DNA of 64,000 nt from Rickettsiales bacterium. GTDB taxonomy: Bacteria; Pseudomonadota; Alphaproteobacteria; Rickettsiales; UBA3002. Shown here in pieces: positions 9,542 to 18,878 of this stretch. Both the position numbers and the translations under genes were made by a program. The stretch's first letter is position 1, and each line of letters begins with the position of its first letter. The stretch is taken from contig JBIIEL010000001.1 of NCBI GenBank assembly GCA_044237845.1, positions 86,173 through 150,172 on the forward strand. Direction: 5' to 3'. The notes under the pieces were generated by a model. It was not told where the DNA came from and made no database searches. It was given only the letters and a program-made list of their open reading frames with translations.

Positions 9542-10155
9542 GAATGAGCGTTCGTAGTTCGAAGTTGAGGGTACAGTGGGCGGTGTTGGCGCTGCTTGCA
9601 CTCGCCGCATGCGACAGTGGATCACTGGGTGATACGCTTGGCATGAACCGCGAAGCGCCGGATGAATTCACTGTCGTCTCGCGCCCATCGCTTGCGGTGC
9701 CGCCGGAATTTACCCTGCGCCCACCCCGCCCGGGTGAGCCGCCACGTGGTGCATCCGCGAATGAAGTTGCACGCAGCGTGCTGACGGGTAAAGACACCCC
9801 CCTCACGCCCGATAAATTGGAACAACCCAAAGGCGAAACTGCGGTGACGCCGGTGGTGACGAGCGATGCGCCGAGTGGCGCCACCAGCAGCTTTCTCAAA
9901 CGCATGGGGGTGGACGGGGCGGATAGTGCCATCCGCGACAAACTGGCGGCCGATGCTATAGCCCCCGCCGCGCCGAAAGCGGGTGAACGCAGTACCTTGT
10001 TCGACTGGTTTGATGACGGGGGCGAGCCAGTCATCGACGCGAAAAAAGAAGCTGAACGCCTGCGTATTAACAAAGATGCCGGCAAGCCCGCTAACGAGGG
10101 CGAGGTGGCGGTAGAGAAACAAAAAAAATCGACTGTAGTCGATAAGCTTTTCTAG
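9538..10155 (+). CDS. lipoprotein (DUF3035-like, commonly follows lspA in alphaproteobacteria)
   Basis: Lipobox LLALAAC. ATGA overlap with lspA. Low-complexity Pro/Ala/Lys-rich mature part. Confidence 0.65.
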   Translation: MRMSVRSSKLRVQWAVLALLALAACDSGSLGDTLGMNREAPDEFTVVSRPSLAVPPEFTLRPPRPGEPPRGASANEVARSVLTGKDTPLTPDKLEQPKGETAVTPVVTSDAPSGATSSFLKRMGVDGADSAIRDKLAADAIAPAAPKAGERSTLFDWFDDGGEPVIDAKKEAERLRINKDAGKPANEGEVAVEKQKKSTVVDKLF

Positions 10156-10251
10156 AGCGTCTTCTGCGCATGGGCATCCTCGGCGCCTTTCCCGCGCCTT
10201 CTGTTCCTGAGGCGACACGTACTTGTCTTTCTGCACACGCCTTGCTAAGAA

Positions 10252-11676
10252 TTGCCCATGCGCTATCCCCCTATTGTTCGGTTTTTTACCCCCGCTGCAA
10301 TCGGGCTGATGCTGCTGGCAGTCTATTTTTATCATGCGCAGAATCCGTCGCGCCCGCGTGACCTGCGCGCGGCGATTCCAGTCACGCAGTTCACACTCAA
10401 AAATGGTTTGCAGGTGGTGGTGATGGAGAATCACAACATCCCGATCGTGACGCATCTGATGCTAGTGAAAGCAGGCGGGGCGGATGATCCGCGCGGCAAA
10501 ACCGGCATGGCACATTATCTTGAACATCTCATGTTCACGGGCTCCAAAAATTATCCCGAAGGCACCTATGACCGCGCAATTGCACGCATTGGCGGCGAGC
10601 ATAACGCCTTCACCACCAAGGATTACACGCTCTATTATGCGACCATCGCGCGCGAGCATTTGCCGCAGGTGATGGCGATGGAGGCCGATCGTTTCGCAAG
10701 CCCGACCTTTGATGCCGCAAAAGCTGCGCGTGAGCTGAAGGTGATTACCGAAGAACGCAACATGCGGGTGGAGAATAATCCCGCCGCGCAGATGGCCGAG
10801 CAGCTCGATGCCATCACGTTTTTAAACCATCCGTATCAGCGGCCGAATATCGGCTGGGCGGAGGATATGGCGACCTTCACCCTCGCCGATGCGCAGGCGT
10901 TTTTTGCGGCGCATTACACCGCGCGCAACATGCTGCTGCTGGTGGCGGGGGATGTGACGGCGGCGGATGTAAAACGCGACGCCGAGAAATATTACGCCGC
11001 GCTGCCGAGCGGCATCGCCACCCCGCGCATCTGGCCGGAGGAGCCGCCGCTGCGCCTTGAGCGCCACGCGACGATGCATGATGCGAAGGTGCGCGAGCCC
11101 CGCCTCGTGCGGCAATATATCGCGCCGAGTGTGGTGAACGGCGCGCGCGATCAGGCGCTGCCGCTCTCGGTATTCGCGCAGTATCTCGGCGGCGGCGCGG
11201 GCAGTGTGCTTTACGAACAGTTGGTGGAAAAAGAGAAACTCGCGAGCAGTGTTTCGGCGAGCTATGACCCGTTTAGCATCGGCCCAGCGCTGTTCACGAT
11301 TCATGCCACGCCTGCTGCGAGGGTGACGCCCCAACAGCTCGAACACGCGCTCGACCGCGCGCTCGACGGAGTGAACACAGGCGCACCGGATGCGGCGGCG
11401 GTAATGCGCGCAAAAACACGCCTCAAAGCCGAGGTGATTTTCGCGCAGGATGGGCTGTCGTCGTTTGCCACCACCATCGCCGATCTTTATGCGCTGGGGC
11501 TGGATGAGCAGTATTTTTACGCCTGGCCGCATCTGGTGGAAGCGGTGACGCCGGCGCAGATGCAGGAAGCCGCCCGCATTGTGCTCGCGCCCTCGCGCCG
11601 GGTGACGGGCTATCTGCTGCCCGCGGAGACGCAAGCTGCGCCTACGCCAGCGATGGAGGTGACTCATGCGCCATAG
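10252..11676 (+). CDS. M16 (pitrilysin) family zinc peptidase, active-type subunit
   Basis: HYLEHLMF (HxxEH zinc motif). 474 aa. Confidence 0.85.
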   Translation: MPMRYPPIVRFFTPAAIGLMLLAVYFYHAQNPSRPRDLRAAIPVTQFTLKNGLQVVVMENHNIPIVTHLMLVKAGGADDPRGKTGMAHYLEHLMFTGSKNYPEGTYDRAIARIGGEHNAFTTKDYTLYYATIAREHLPQVMAMEADRFASPTFDAAKAARELKVITEERNMRVENNPAAQMAEQLDAITFLNHPYQRPNIGWAEDMATFTLADAQAFFAAHYTARNMLLLVAGDVTAADVKRDAEKYYAALPSGIATPRIWPEEPPLRLERHATMHDAKVREPRLVRQYIAPSVVNGARDQALPLSVFAQYLGGGAGSVLYEQLVEKEKLASSVSASYDPFSIGPALFTIHATPAARVTPQQLEHALDRALDGVNTGAPDAAAVMRAKTRLKAEVIFAQDGLSSFATTIADLYALGLDEQYFYAWPHLVEAVTPAQMQEAARIVLAPSRRVTGYLLPAETQAAPTPAMEVTHAP

Positions 11677-13033
11677 TCTTCTCGCTGCGCTTTCTGCGTT
11701 GGTGTGGCTTGGCTTTGCTGCCCCCGCGCAGGCCGCGATAGAGGTGAAAACAGCCAGCATCGGCCATGGGGTTGAGGCGTGGTATGCGACGAACAAAGCG
11801 GTGCCGGTGGTGGATGTGGTGCTGAGTTTCGAAGGCGCGGGCGCGGCGCATGATCCGGCAGAAAAGGGCGGACTTGCAGCGTTTTCGGCAGCCATGCTCG
11901 GCGAAGGCGCGGGTGCGATGAGTGCGCAGGATTTCGCACGCGCGCTCGATGAACACGCCATCACGCTCGACTTCCGCGCCGACGAAGACCGCCTCACCGT
12001 GCATGTGTATTGTTTGCGCGAACATGCGAAACGTGCAGGCGAATTGCTGGCGCTGGCCATCAGCAAACCGCCGCTGGCCGAAGCGGATAGGACGCGGGTG
12101 AAGGGACAGGTTGCCTCGCTGCTGACGCGGCTTTCCGAACGCCCGGGCTATCTCGCCGAGCGTTTGCTCGCCGCACGCGCCTTTGCAGGCCACCCCTATG
12201 CGAACCCGAATTATGGGACCGCAGCGAGTGTCGCCAGCTTGACAGATGCCGATGTGCGGCAGTTTCTTGCCACACGACTGACGCGGAAAAACCTGCTGAT
12301 CTCGGCGGCGGGGGATGTGGATTCTGCGCTGCTTGAGGAGATGTTGCAGCCGACGGTGGAGGCGCTCGCGGAGGGTGACGCGGCGGATTTCGCCCTCGCG
12401 CCCGCGACACTGCAAGGCGGCGGTGAACTGCTGCGCGCGCAAAAAGATGTACCGCAAACGGTGGTGCAATTTGCCGCGCCGGGCATCGCGCGCGACGATA
12501 AACGCTTCTACGCTGCTTATTTGCTCAACGAGATTTTAGGCGGCGGCAGCACGCTGGTTTCGCGCTTAGGCAACGAGCTGCGGCAGAAAAAAGGCCTGGT
12601 CTATGGCGTGCATACCGGGCTTGAGGCGCATCGCGTCGGTGCGATCCTCGGCGGTCAGCTCGCGACACGTAACAGCACGGCGGATGCCGCGCTCGCCGAG
12701 GTCAAACGCGTGCTGGCCGATATGCGCGAGCACGGGGTGACGGCGGAAGAATGCAGCGATGCCAAGGGCTATGTGCTCGGCCATTTTCCGCTGCAGATGG
12801 AAAGCGCGGGGGATGTTTCGCGCACGCTGATGATGATGCAGCGGCATCATCTCGGCGAGGCGTATCTCACCGAACGCGCGGAGCTGTTTAGCGCGGTGAG
12901 CTGTGCTGACATTAACGCCGTCGCGCGGGATTTGCTGGCGCCGGAGAAGTTCCTCTTCGCCGTCGTCGGCGGCACGGACGACAAGGGCGCACCAGCTCCC
13001 ACACAAGCCCCTGTGCATGGGGACGCGCGGTAG
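11666..13033 (+). CDS. M16 family peptidase, non-catalytic-type subunit
   Basis: 455 aa with a signal peptide. M16 fold-like sequence without HxxEH. Overlaps the preceding M16 gene by 11 nt. Confidence 0.8.
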   Translation: MRHSLLAALSALVWLGFAAPAQAAIEVKTASIGHGVEAWYATNKAVPVVDVVLSFEGAGAAHDPAEKGGLAAFSAAMLGEGAGAMSAQDFARALDEHAITLDFRADEDRLTVHVYCLREHAKRAGELLALAISKPPLAEADRTRVKGQVASLLTRLSERPGYLAERLLAARAFAGHPYANPNYGTAASVASLTDADVRQFLATRLTRKNLLISAAGDVDSALLEEMLQPTVEALAEGDAADFALAPATLQGGGELLRAQKDVPQTVVQFAAPGIARDDKRFYAAYLLNEILGGGSTLVSRLGNELRQKKGLVYGVHTGLEAHRVGAILGGQLATRNSTADAALAEVKRVLADMREHGVTAEECSDAKGYVLGHFPLQMESAGDVSRTLMMMQRHHLGEAYLTERAELFSAVSCADINAVARDLLAPEKFLFAVVGGTDDKGAPAPTQAPVHGDAR

Positions 13034-13095
13034 CATCTGTGATTAACGATGGATTCGCGCTTTCGCTCGTCTGCCGGTAGGGGTAGACTCACCCC

Positions 13096-14970
13096 ATGAG
13101 CCTTTCCGTTGCCAGTCCGCTTGAATCAACCACGCCGCGCGAGGCGTTGGTGATTCGCCGTTTGCCGACGGTGCTTGTCAACCAGATCGCGGCGGGGGAG
13201 GTGATCGAGCGCCCGTCCTCCGTGGTGAAGGAGCTGGTCGAAAATGCGATCGACGCCGGCGCGAGCGATGTGGATGTGGTGCTCGAGAATGGCGGGGTGA
13301 GCCTCATCCGCGTGCGCGATAACGGGCGCGGCATGAGCGCGGCGCAGCTGCCGCTGGCGGTGGAGCGCCACGCGACGAGCAAGCTGCCAGACGACGATCT
13401 GCTCGCGATTCATTTTATGGGTTTCCGCGGCGAGGCGTTGCCGTCCATCGGCTCCATCGCGCGGCTCTCCATCACCTCCCGCGCGCGCGGCAGTGCGGAT
13501 GCATTTGCGCTGACGGTTGAAGGCGGTGCGGTCGGCGCAGTCACCCCCGCTTCGCTCGGCGAGGGAACGCTGGTCGAGGTGCGTGACTTGTTTTACGCCA
13601 TTCCCGCGCGGCTGAAATTTTTGAAATCCGCGCGCACGGAAATCACGCAGGTGGTCGATATCATCGAGCGCCTCGCGATGGCGCATCCGGATATTCGCTT
13701 TCGCCTGAGCCATGATGGGCGCACGGTGCGCGACTTTCCGGCGCTCACACACGATTGGCTGAGCGCGGCGCCGCAGCGCTTAGAGAAAATTCTAGGCGCG
13801 GGATTCGCCGCCAACACGGTGGCGATTGATGCGGTGCGCGAGGGTATGCGCCTCACCGGGTTTGCGGGGCTGCCCACGTTCAACAAATCGACCTCACAAT
13901 CGCAGTATCTGTTTGTGAATCGCCGCCCGGTGCGCGACCGGCTGCTGCTCGGCGTCATCCGCGCGGCCTATCAGGACTACCTTGCGCGTGACCGCCACCC
14001 CGTCGCGGTGCTGTTCCTTGAGGTGCCGACGAGTGAGGTGGATGTGAACGTGCATCCCGCCAAGGCCGAAGTGCGCTTCCGCGACAGCCAGATGGTGCGC
14101 GGCCTGCTGCTCGGTGCCATCCGTGCGGCGATCGGCGCGACCTCGCAGCGCTCCAGCACCACGGTGGCGGAAGAGGCGCTGGGGGCGTTTCGGATTGAAG
14201 GGGGCATCGCCCCCTACGCGACTTCGTCGCTGACCCCACTCTCGCCAAGCGGCTCGCCATGGGAGGCTACGCACGATAATCACGAACGCTTGCAAGCGCT
14301 GCAGTCGCCGCTCTGGGGGCGGGATTATCTGCCGCCACAGCATCGCGCGCAGCAGCAGCCCACGACTCACCACTCACCACTCACCACTCACTACCCCCTC
14401 GGTGCCGCCGTCGCGCAGCTGCATAACACCTATGTCGTTGCCGAGACGAAAGACGGGTTGGTGCTGGTCGATCAGCACGCGGCGCATGAGCGGATTATGT
14501 ACGAGAAATTCAAGGCCGAGATGAACGCGGCAGGAGTGGCGCGGCAAATGCTGCTGCTGCCGGAAGTGGTGGATCTGAGCGACGCGCAGGCCGCGCGCAT
14601 CACCGCGCGGATGGAGGAATGGGCGCGGCTCGGCCTCGTGCTCGAAGGCTTTGGCGACACCACCGTGCTGGTGCGGGAGGTGCCAAGCATTCTGGGCGAC
14701 AGTGACGTGGCCGGGTTGGTGCGCGACCTCGCAGATGATTTGTCGCTCTATGAAGACGGGCTGGCGCTCGCCGATAAGCTCGAAGCCATCCTCAGCACTA
14801 TGGCCTGCCACGGCAGCGTGCGCGCCGGGCGGCCGCTACGCATCGACGAAATGAACGCCCTGCTGCGGCAGATGGAAGCCACGCCCTTCAGTGGCCAGTG
14901 CAACCATGGACGACCGACTTATGTCGCGCTCGCGAAGGCGGATGTGGAGCGGCTGTTTGGGCGGCGGTAA
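13096..14970 (+). CDS. mutL: DNA mismatch repair endonuclease MutL
   Basis: NQIAAGEVIERPSSVVKELVENAIDAG ATPase motif. C-terminal QHAAHERI and FSGQCNHGRPT. The linker carries two repeat elements. Confidence 0.95.
   Translation: MSLSVASPLESTTPREALVIRRLPTVLVNQIAAGEVIERPSSVVKELVENAIDAGASDVDVVLENGGVSLIRVRDNGRGMSAAQLPLAVERHATSKLPDDDLLAIHFMGFRGEALPSIGSIARLSITSRARGSADAFALTVEGGAVGAVTPASLGEGTLVEVRDLFYAIPARLKFLKSARTEITQVVDIIERLAMAHPDIRFRLSHDGRTVRDFPALTHDWLSAAPQRLEKILGAGFAANTVAIDAVREGMRLTGFAGLPTFNKSTSQSQYLFVNRRPVRDRLLLGVIRAAYQDYLARDRHPVAVLFLEVPTSEVDVNVHPAKAEVRFRDSQMVRGLLLGAIRAAIGATSQRSSTTVAEEALGAFRIEGGIAPYATSSLTPLSPSGSPWEATHDNHERLQALQSPLWGRDYLPPQHRAQQQPTTHHSPLTTHYPLGAAVAQLHNTYVVAETKDGLVLVDQHAAHERIMYEKFKAEMNAAGVARQMLLLPEVVDLSDAQAARITARMEEWARLGLVLEGFGDTTVLVREVPSILGDSDVAGLVRDLADDLSLYEDGLALADKLEAILSTMACHGSVRAGRPLRIDEMNALLRQMEATPFSGQCNHGRPTYVALAKADVERLFGRR
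14229..14274. repeat. dispersed in-frame element, copy in the mutL linker
   Basis: GCTGACCCC..CGGCTCGCCATGGGAGGCTACGCAC. Its 24-nt core is 22/24 identical to 47173..47196 and matches the reverse complement of 40941..40961 apart from a 3-nt indel. Confidence 0.75.
14362..14393. repeat. tandem heptanucleotide run (ACCACTC)n inside mutL
   Basis: ACGACTC ACCACTC ACCACTC ACCACTC AC is read in-frame as [11 protein letters not shown]. Same unit as 1601..1628. Confidence 0.85.
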
Positions 14971-14980
14971 TTGCTGCATG

Positions 14981-15081
14981 AAAATGGGCGATCTACGTCG
15001 TCCTCGTCGTGCTCGGTCAGTTACGTAGCGCTGCTACGCGCCTTCCCTGCGCGCGCCGACTCCTAGTATCTCACCCATTTT
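14981..15081. repeat. REP/MITE-like imperfect palindromic element, about 100 bp, copy 2
   Basis: Ends AAAATGGG...CCCATTTT. Central hairpin CGTAGC-GCT-GCTACG at 15024..15038. Lies directly after the mutL stop. Confidence 0.7.
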
Positions 15082-15097
15082 GACGCAGCGAAAAAGC

Positions 15098-15406
15098 CTA
15101 AAGAGGCGCAGATGACCTTTTTCTGTGTGTACGATTATAGCCGACCTGAGGTTCGTTTGACTTATTGGCCAGTATCAATTCGCTTTCTTTCCTAGTTACT
15201 TCATCTTTACTTTTTGACTCAAAAAGAATCTCTTTCCTGAGAGAGAAGCTTGATAACTCTTCCTTAGTAAAATCACTCTCTACTGTAGCGTTATCCCATG
15301 ATCCAAAATAGCGCATTGAGTGACCGCTTCCGCCAATATCTTTGCCGATGTAAATTTTGCCATTAGGGAACGTCAATTTATAAACGACATAGGCGAATTT
15401 TTTCAT
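15098..15406 (-). CDS. stand-alone GIY-YIG nuclease domain protein (I-TevI/Seg-like catalytic domain only)
   Basis: This is the AT-rich 3' part of ORF 15098..15679, starting at ATG 15406. It reads MKKFAYVVYKLTFPNGKIYIGKD...MRYFGS...RKESELILANKSNEPQVGYN. These parallel I-TevI blocks GIYQIKNTLNNKVYVGS, the Arg region, and ERENFWIKELNSKINGYN. 102 aa with no DNA-binding domain. Confidence 0.55.
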   Translation of the reverse strand: MKKFAYVVYKLTFPNGKIYIGKDIGGSGHSMRYFGSWDNATVESDFTKEELSSFSLRKEILFESKSKDEVTRKESELILANKSNEPQVGYNRTHRKRSSAPL

Positions 15407-15413
15407 AGTGATA

Positions 15414-16985
15414 CTAATGCCGAAAATGCCGCGTGCCGGTGAAGAGCATGTCGATGCCGTGCTTCTCGGCGGCGGCGATGACTTCCCCGTCGCGCACCGA
15501 ACCGCCGGGTTGGATGACGGTGGCGATGCCGGCCTCGGCGGCCAGTTCCACGTTATCCGCGAAGGGGAAGAAGGCGTCGGACGCGAGCACGGCGCCGCGC
15601 GGGTCGTGCCCGTGGGCGCGGGCTTTTTCAATCGCGATGCGCACGGAATCCACCCGCGACATCTGCCCGGCGCCGACACCGATCGTCGCGCCGTTTTTGA
15701 CGAGCACGATGGCGTTTGACTTCACATGTTTCACCACTGTCCAAGCGAGCAGGGAGTCGCCAGTCGCCAGTCGCCAGTCGCCAGTGTTTTGCGTTGCGAC
15801 GCGCCAGCCAGCGGGCAATCCTTTGCTGGTGACTGGTGACTGGTGACTGGCGTCTTTCTCCTGCACCAGATAGCCGCCGCTGATGGCCTGAATCACCCAG
15901 TGCGAAAGCGGCGAGGCGTGCGTTTCGGCCGCAGCGACGAGCAGGCGCAGGTTCTTTTTCGCCGCCAGGGCACTTCGTGCCTCTTCCGTAAAGTCAGGTG
16001 CGATAATGACCTCTAAAAACAAACTACCGATGGCTTCGACCAGCGCCGCATCCACCGCGCGGTTGAGGGCGAGAATGCCGCCGAAGGCGCTGACCGGGTC
16101 GGAGGCCAGCGCATCCGTAAACGCATCCACCAGCGTCGCGCCGGTGGCAACGCCGCAGGGGTTGGCGTGTTTGATAAGAACTGCAGCGGGGGTGGCAATT
16201 TCATTGACGATGCCCCATGCGGCTTCAGCATCCGCAAGGTTGTTGTAGCTGAGTTCTTTGCCCTGCAATTGCTGCGCGTTGGCGATGCCGCCCTTAGCAT
16301 CCAGCCGCTGATAGAGCGCCGCGGCCTGATGGGGGTTTTCGCCGTAACGCAGCGTGGTGGCCAGCGACGCATCGAGCAGGTAGGGCGGCCATGGAGAATC
16401 CGTCGCTGCGCCGGTGAGCCAGCTCGCAATCAGCGTGTCATAGGCCGCGGTGCGGGCGAAGGCCTTGGCGGCCAGTGCCGTGCGCAGTGGCGCGGCCACG
16501 GCGTTTTTATTTTCCTGCATCGACTGCATCACGCGGCCATAATCGGCCACATCCACAATCACCGACACGCTGGCGTGGTTTTTGGCGGCCGAGCGGATCA
16601 TGGCGGGGCCGCCAATATCGATGTTTTCGATGAGCTCGGCGACCTCGTTCGTGCGATTCAGGGTGGTCTCGAACGGGTAGAGATTGACGACCAGCAGGTC
16701 GATCATGCCGATATTGTGCGCGGCGGCGGATTCCATGTGTGACGGCGTATCGCGTCGCGCCAGCAGGCCGCCATGGACGACGGGGTGCAGCGTCTTCACG
16801 CGGCCATCCATCATCTCGGGGAACTGGGTGACCTCGCTGACATCGCGCACGGGAATGCCCGCTTTGCGCAGTGCGTCTGCCGTGCCGCCGGTGGAGAGGA
16901 TTTCCACCCCCGCACCCACCAGAAACTGCGCGAAGGGAATGAGGTCGGATTTATCCGAAACGGAAATGAGCGCGCGGGTGATCAT
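15414..16985 (-). CDS. purH: bifunctional AICAR formyltransferase / IMP cyclohydrolase
   Basis: 523 aa. [30 protein letters not shown], and the C-terminal FTGTRHFRH. Confidence 0.95.
   Translation of the reverse strand: MITRALISVSDKSDLIPFAQFLVGAGVEILSTGGTADALRKAGIPVRDVSEVTQFPEMMDGRVKTLHPVVHGGLLARRDTPSHMESAAAHNIGMIDLLVVNLYPFETTLNRTNEVAELIENIDIGGPAMIRSAAKNHASVSVIVDVADYGRVMQSMQENKNAVAAPLRTALAAKAFARTAAYDTLIASWLTGAATDSPWPPYLLDASLATTLRYGENPHQAAALYQRLDAKGGIANAQQLQGKELSYNNLADAEAAWGIVNEIATPAAVLIKHANPCGVATGATLVDAFTDALASDPVSAFGGILALNRAVDAALVEAIGSLFLEVIIAPDFTEEARSALAAKKNLRLLVAAAETHASPLSHWVIQAISGGYLVQEKDASHQSPVTSKGLPAGWRVATQNTGDWRLATGDSLLAWTVVKHVKSNAIVLVKNGATIGVGAGQMSRVDSVRIAIEKARAHGHDPRGAVLASDAFFPFADNVELAAEAGIATVIQPGGSVRDGEVIAAAEKHGIDMLFTGTRHFRH
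15755..15852. repeat. heptamer-armed hairpin element inside purH: (AGTCGCC)x4, 43-nt spacer, (CTGGTGA)x3 CTGGCG
   Basis: Read directly. The arms are complementary if G:U pairs are allowed on the + strand. The element is translated in-frame as [31 protein letters not shown]. Confidence 0.85.
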
Positions 16986-18874
16986 GCGGCGATTCCTGTG
17001 TCGGGGGTGTATTCGCTCACGCTTTCGGTGAGCAGCAGTGGGATGCGGCTGCGCTCGCCGTTTTTGGCGGCGGCGATGACCGCGCGTAGGGCTGCGAGCA
17101 CGGCGAGGCGATCCATCTGCCGCGCGCGGGCGAGGCGAATAAGCGGGTGGCGCGTGGCGAGCATACTCTCGGCGTCGTGGAAAAGTTCCTCGAACAGTTT
17201 TTCGCCCGGGCGCAGGCCGGTAAAGGCAATCGCGATATCCTCGTTCGGGCGCAGGCCAGCGAGGCGGATCATCTGCTCCGCAAGGTCGACGATTTTCACC
17301 GGCTCACCCATATCGAGCACGAAAATCGGCGCGCGGTTGGTCTCACCAAGCCCCAGCACCGCCGCTTGCAGCACCAGCTGCACGGCCTCGCTGATGCTCA
17401 TGAAATAGCGTGTCATCTCTGGGTGGGTGACGGTGACGGGCCCGCCGCGCGCGATTTGTATTTGAAACAGCGGCACCACGGAGCCGGTGGAGTTGAGCAC
17501 ATTGCCGAAACGCACAGTGACAAAGCGCGTGGCGGCGCCCTCCTCCGCCAGCGTGTGGCAGTAAATTTCCGCGGCGCGCTTGGTGGCACCCATCACGCTC
17601 GTCGGGTTCACGGCCTTATCCGTCGAGATTTGTACCATGACGCCGACGCCATGCGCCACGCACGCATCTGCCACCTGTTTGCTGCCGAGAATATTGGTGA
17701 GCACGGCCTGATCCGGGTTGGCCTCAGCCAGCGGCACATGCTTGATAGCGGCGGCGTGGAACACAATTTCTGGCCGCGCACTGGCGAAGGCGCGGGTGAG
17801 TTGCTCGGCGTCGCGCACATCGCCAATGAGGCTGCTGCGCGGTGTGGTGGGCGCGATGTCGCCGACCGTTTGGTCGATGAGGTAGAGCTGGTATTCCGAC
17901 TGCTCGAACAGCGTGAGATGTGCGGGGTTCATGCCGATGATTTGGCGCACCAGCTCGCTGCCGATGGAGCCGCCAGCACCGGTGACAAGCACGCGTTTGC
18001 CCTCGACCAGCGCGCGCATGGCAGGGCGGTCGAGCACCGCTTCGGGGCGGCCGAGAATGTCTTCCACCGCCACGGCGCGGATGTCGTGCACCCGGTCGCC
18101 GGCCTTGAGTTCGCTGAGCGAAGGCAGGCGCGAAAGCGTGAGCTCGTGCGCGGTGGCGACCGCAAGCAGCGCTTCATATTCCACGCGGTTGATGGCGGCA
18201 GTGGCGATAATCATGCGTGCGGGGCGACGGCCTTTGCGCTCGAGTTTGCGCAGTACATAATCAATATCCGCCGTGCTGCCATAGATGCGCACATGCTGGA
18301 TTTCGCGGCCGTGCTGGCGTGGATCGTTGTCGATCAGCCCGACGACGCGGTAAGGGAAATCGACGCTGCGGGTGGATTCGCGGATGAACATTTCCGCCTG
18401 CGGTGTCGCGCCGATGAGCAGCACATCCACCTGCGCGCTGCCGCGGCCAAGCAAGCGGTCGATCAGCGCGCGGTCATGCAGCAGGCGCCAGCCGACACGT
18501 GGGCCCATGAGGCAGAGCATCGCCGTCATCCAGTGAATGAAGGGCACCGAGCGCGGCACATGTTCGAGCCGCATGACGGTGAACAGCGCGATGTAAAAAA
18601 GCAGCAGCGCAACGCTGGCGCCGCGTGCGATGACCATCAGATCGGTAAGCGAAGTATAGCGCCAGAGATGGCGGTACGCGCGCCAATAGAGCAACGCGCC
18701 GAGGGTGAGGGCAACAAACACCAGCGTGCTTTCGATGAGGTAGCTCTGTGCGTGCTCCCAAGTGCGATTCCCCAAACGCAAATAGAGCGCGAGGATAAAA
18801 CTCGCCCCCGCCATCGACGCATCATGCAGGATGGCGAGGAAATTCAGCGGCGGGAGTTTGAAGCGTGGGTGCAT
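16982..18874 (-). CDS. polysaccharide biosynthesis protein, membrane-anchored NDP-sugar 4,6-dehydratase (CapD/PglF/WbpM family)
   Basis: 630 aa. N-terminal TM helices, Rossmann VLVTGAGGSIGSEL, and a CapD-like C-terminal half. Confidence 0.85.
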   Translation of the reverse strand: MHPRFKLPPLNFLAILHDASMAGASFILALYLRLGNRTWEHAQSYLIESTLVFVALTLGALLYWRAYRHLWRYTSLTDLMVIARGASVALLLFYIALFTVMRLEHVPRSVPFIHWMTAMLCLMGPRVGWRLLHDRALIDRLLGRGSAQVDVLLIGATPQAEMFIRESTRSVDFPYRVVGLIDNDPRQHGREIQHVRIYGSTADIDYVLRKLERKGRRPARMIIATAAINRVEYEALLAVATAHELTLSRLPSLSELKAGDRVHDIRAVAVEDILGRPEAVLDRPAMRALVEGKRVLVTGAGGSIGSELVRQIIGMNPAHLTLFEQSEYQLYLIDQTVGDIAPTTPRSSLIGDVRDAEQLTRAFASARPEIVFHAAAIKHVPLAEANPDQAVLTNILGSKQVADACVAHGVGVMVQISTDKAVNPTSVMGATKRAAEIYCHTLAEEGAATRFVTVRFGNVLNSTGSVVPLFQIQIARGGPVTVTHPEMTRYFMSISEAVQLVLQAAVLGLGETNRAPIFVLDMGEPVKIVDLAEQMIRLAGLRPNEDIAIAFTGLRPGEKLFEELFHDAESMLATRHPLIRLARARQMDRLAVLAALRAVIAAAKNGERSRIPLLLTESVSEYTPDTGIAA

Positions 18875-18878
18875 GCAA

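Noticed and set aside
15098-15679. The 193-aa ORF as listed, extending the GIY-YIG-like ORF into purH.
   Set aside because: The 5' part lies inside the purH 3' coding region in another frame and is Pro/Arg-rich. Only the AT-rich part from ATG 15406 is credible.
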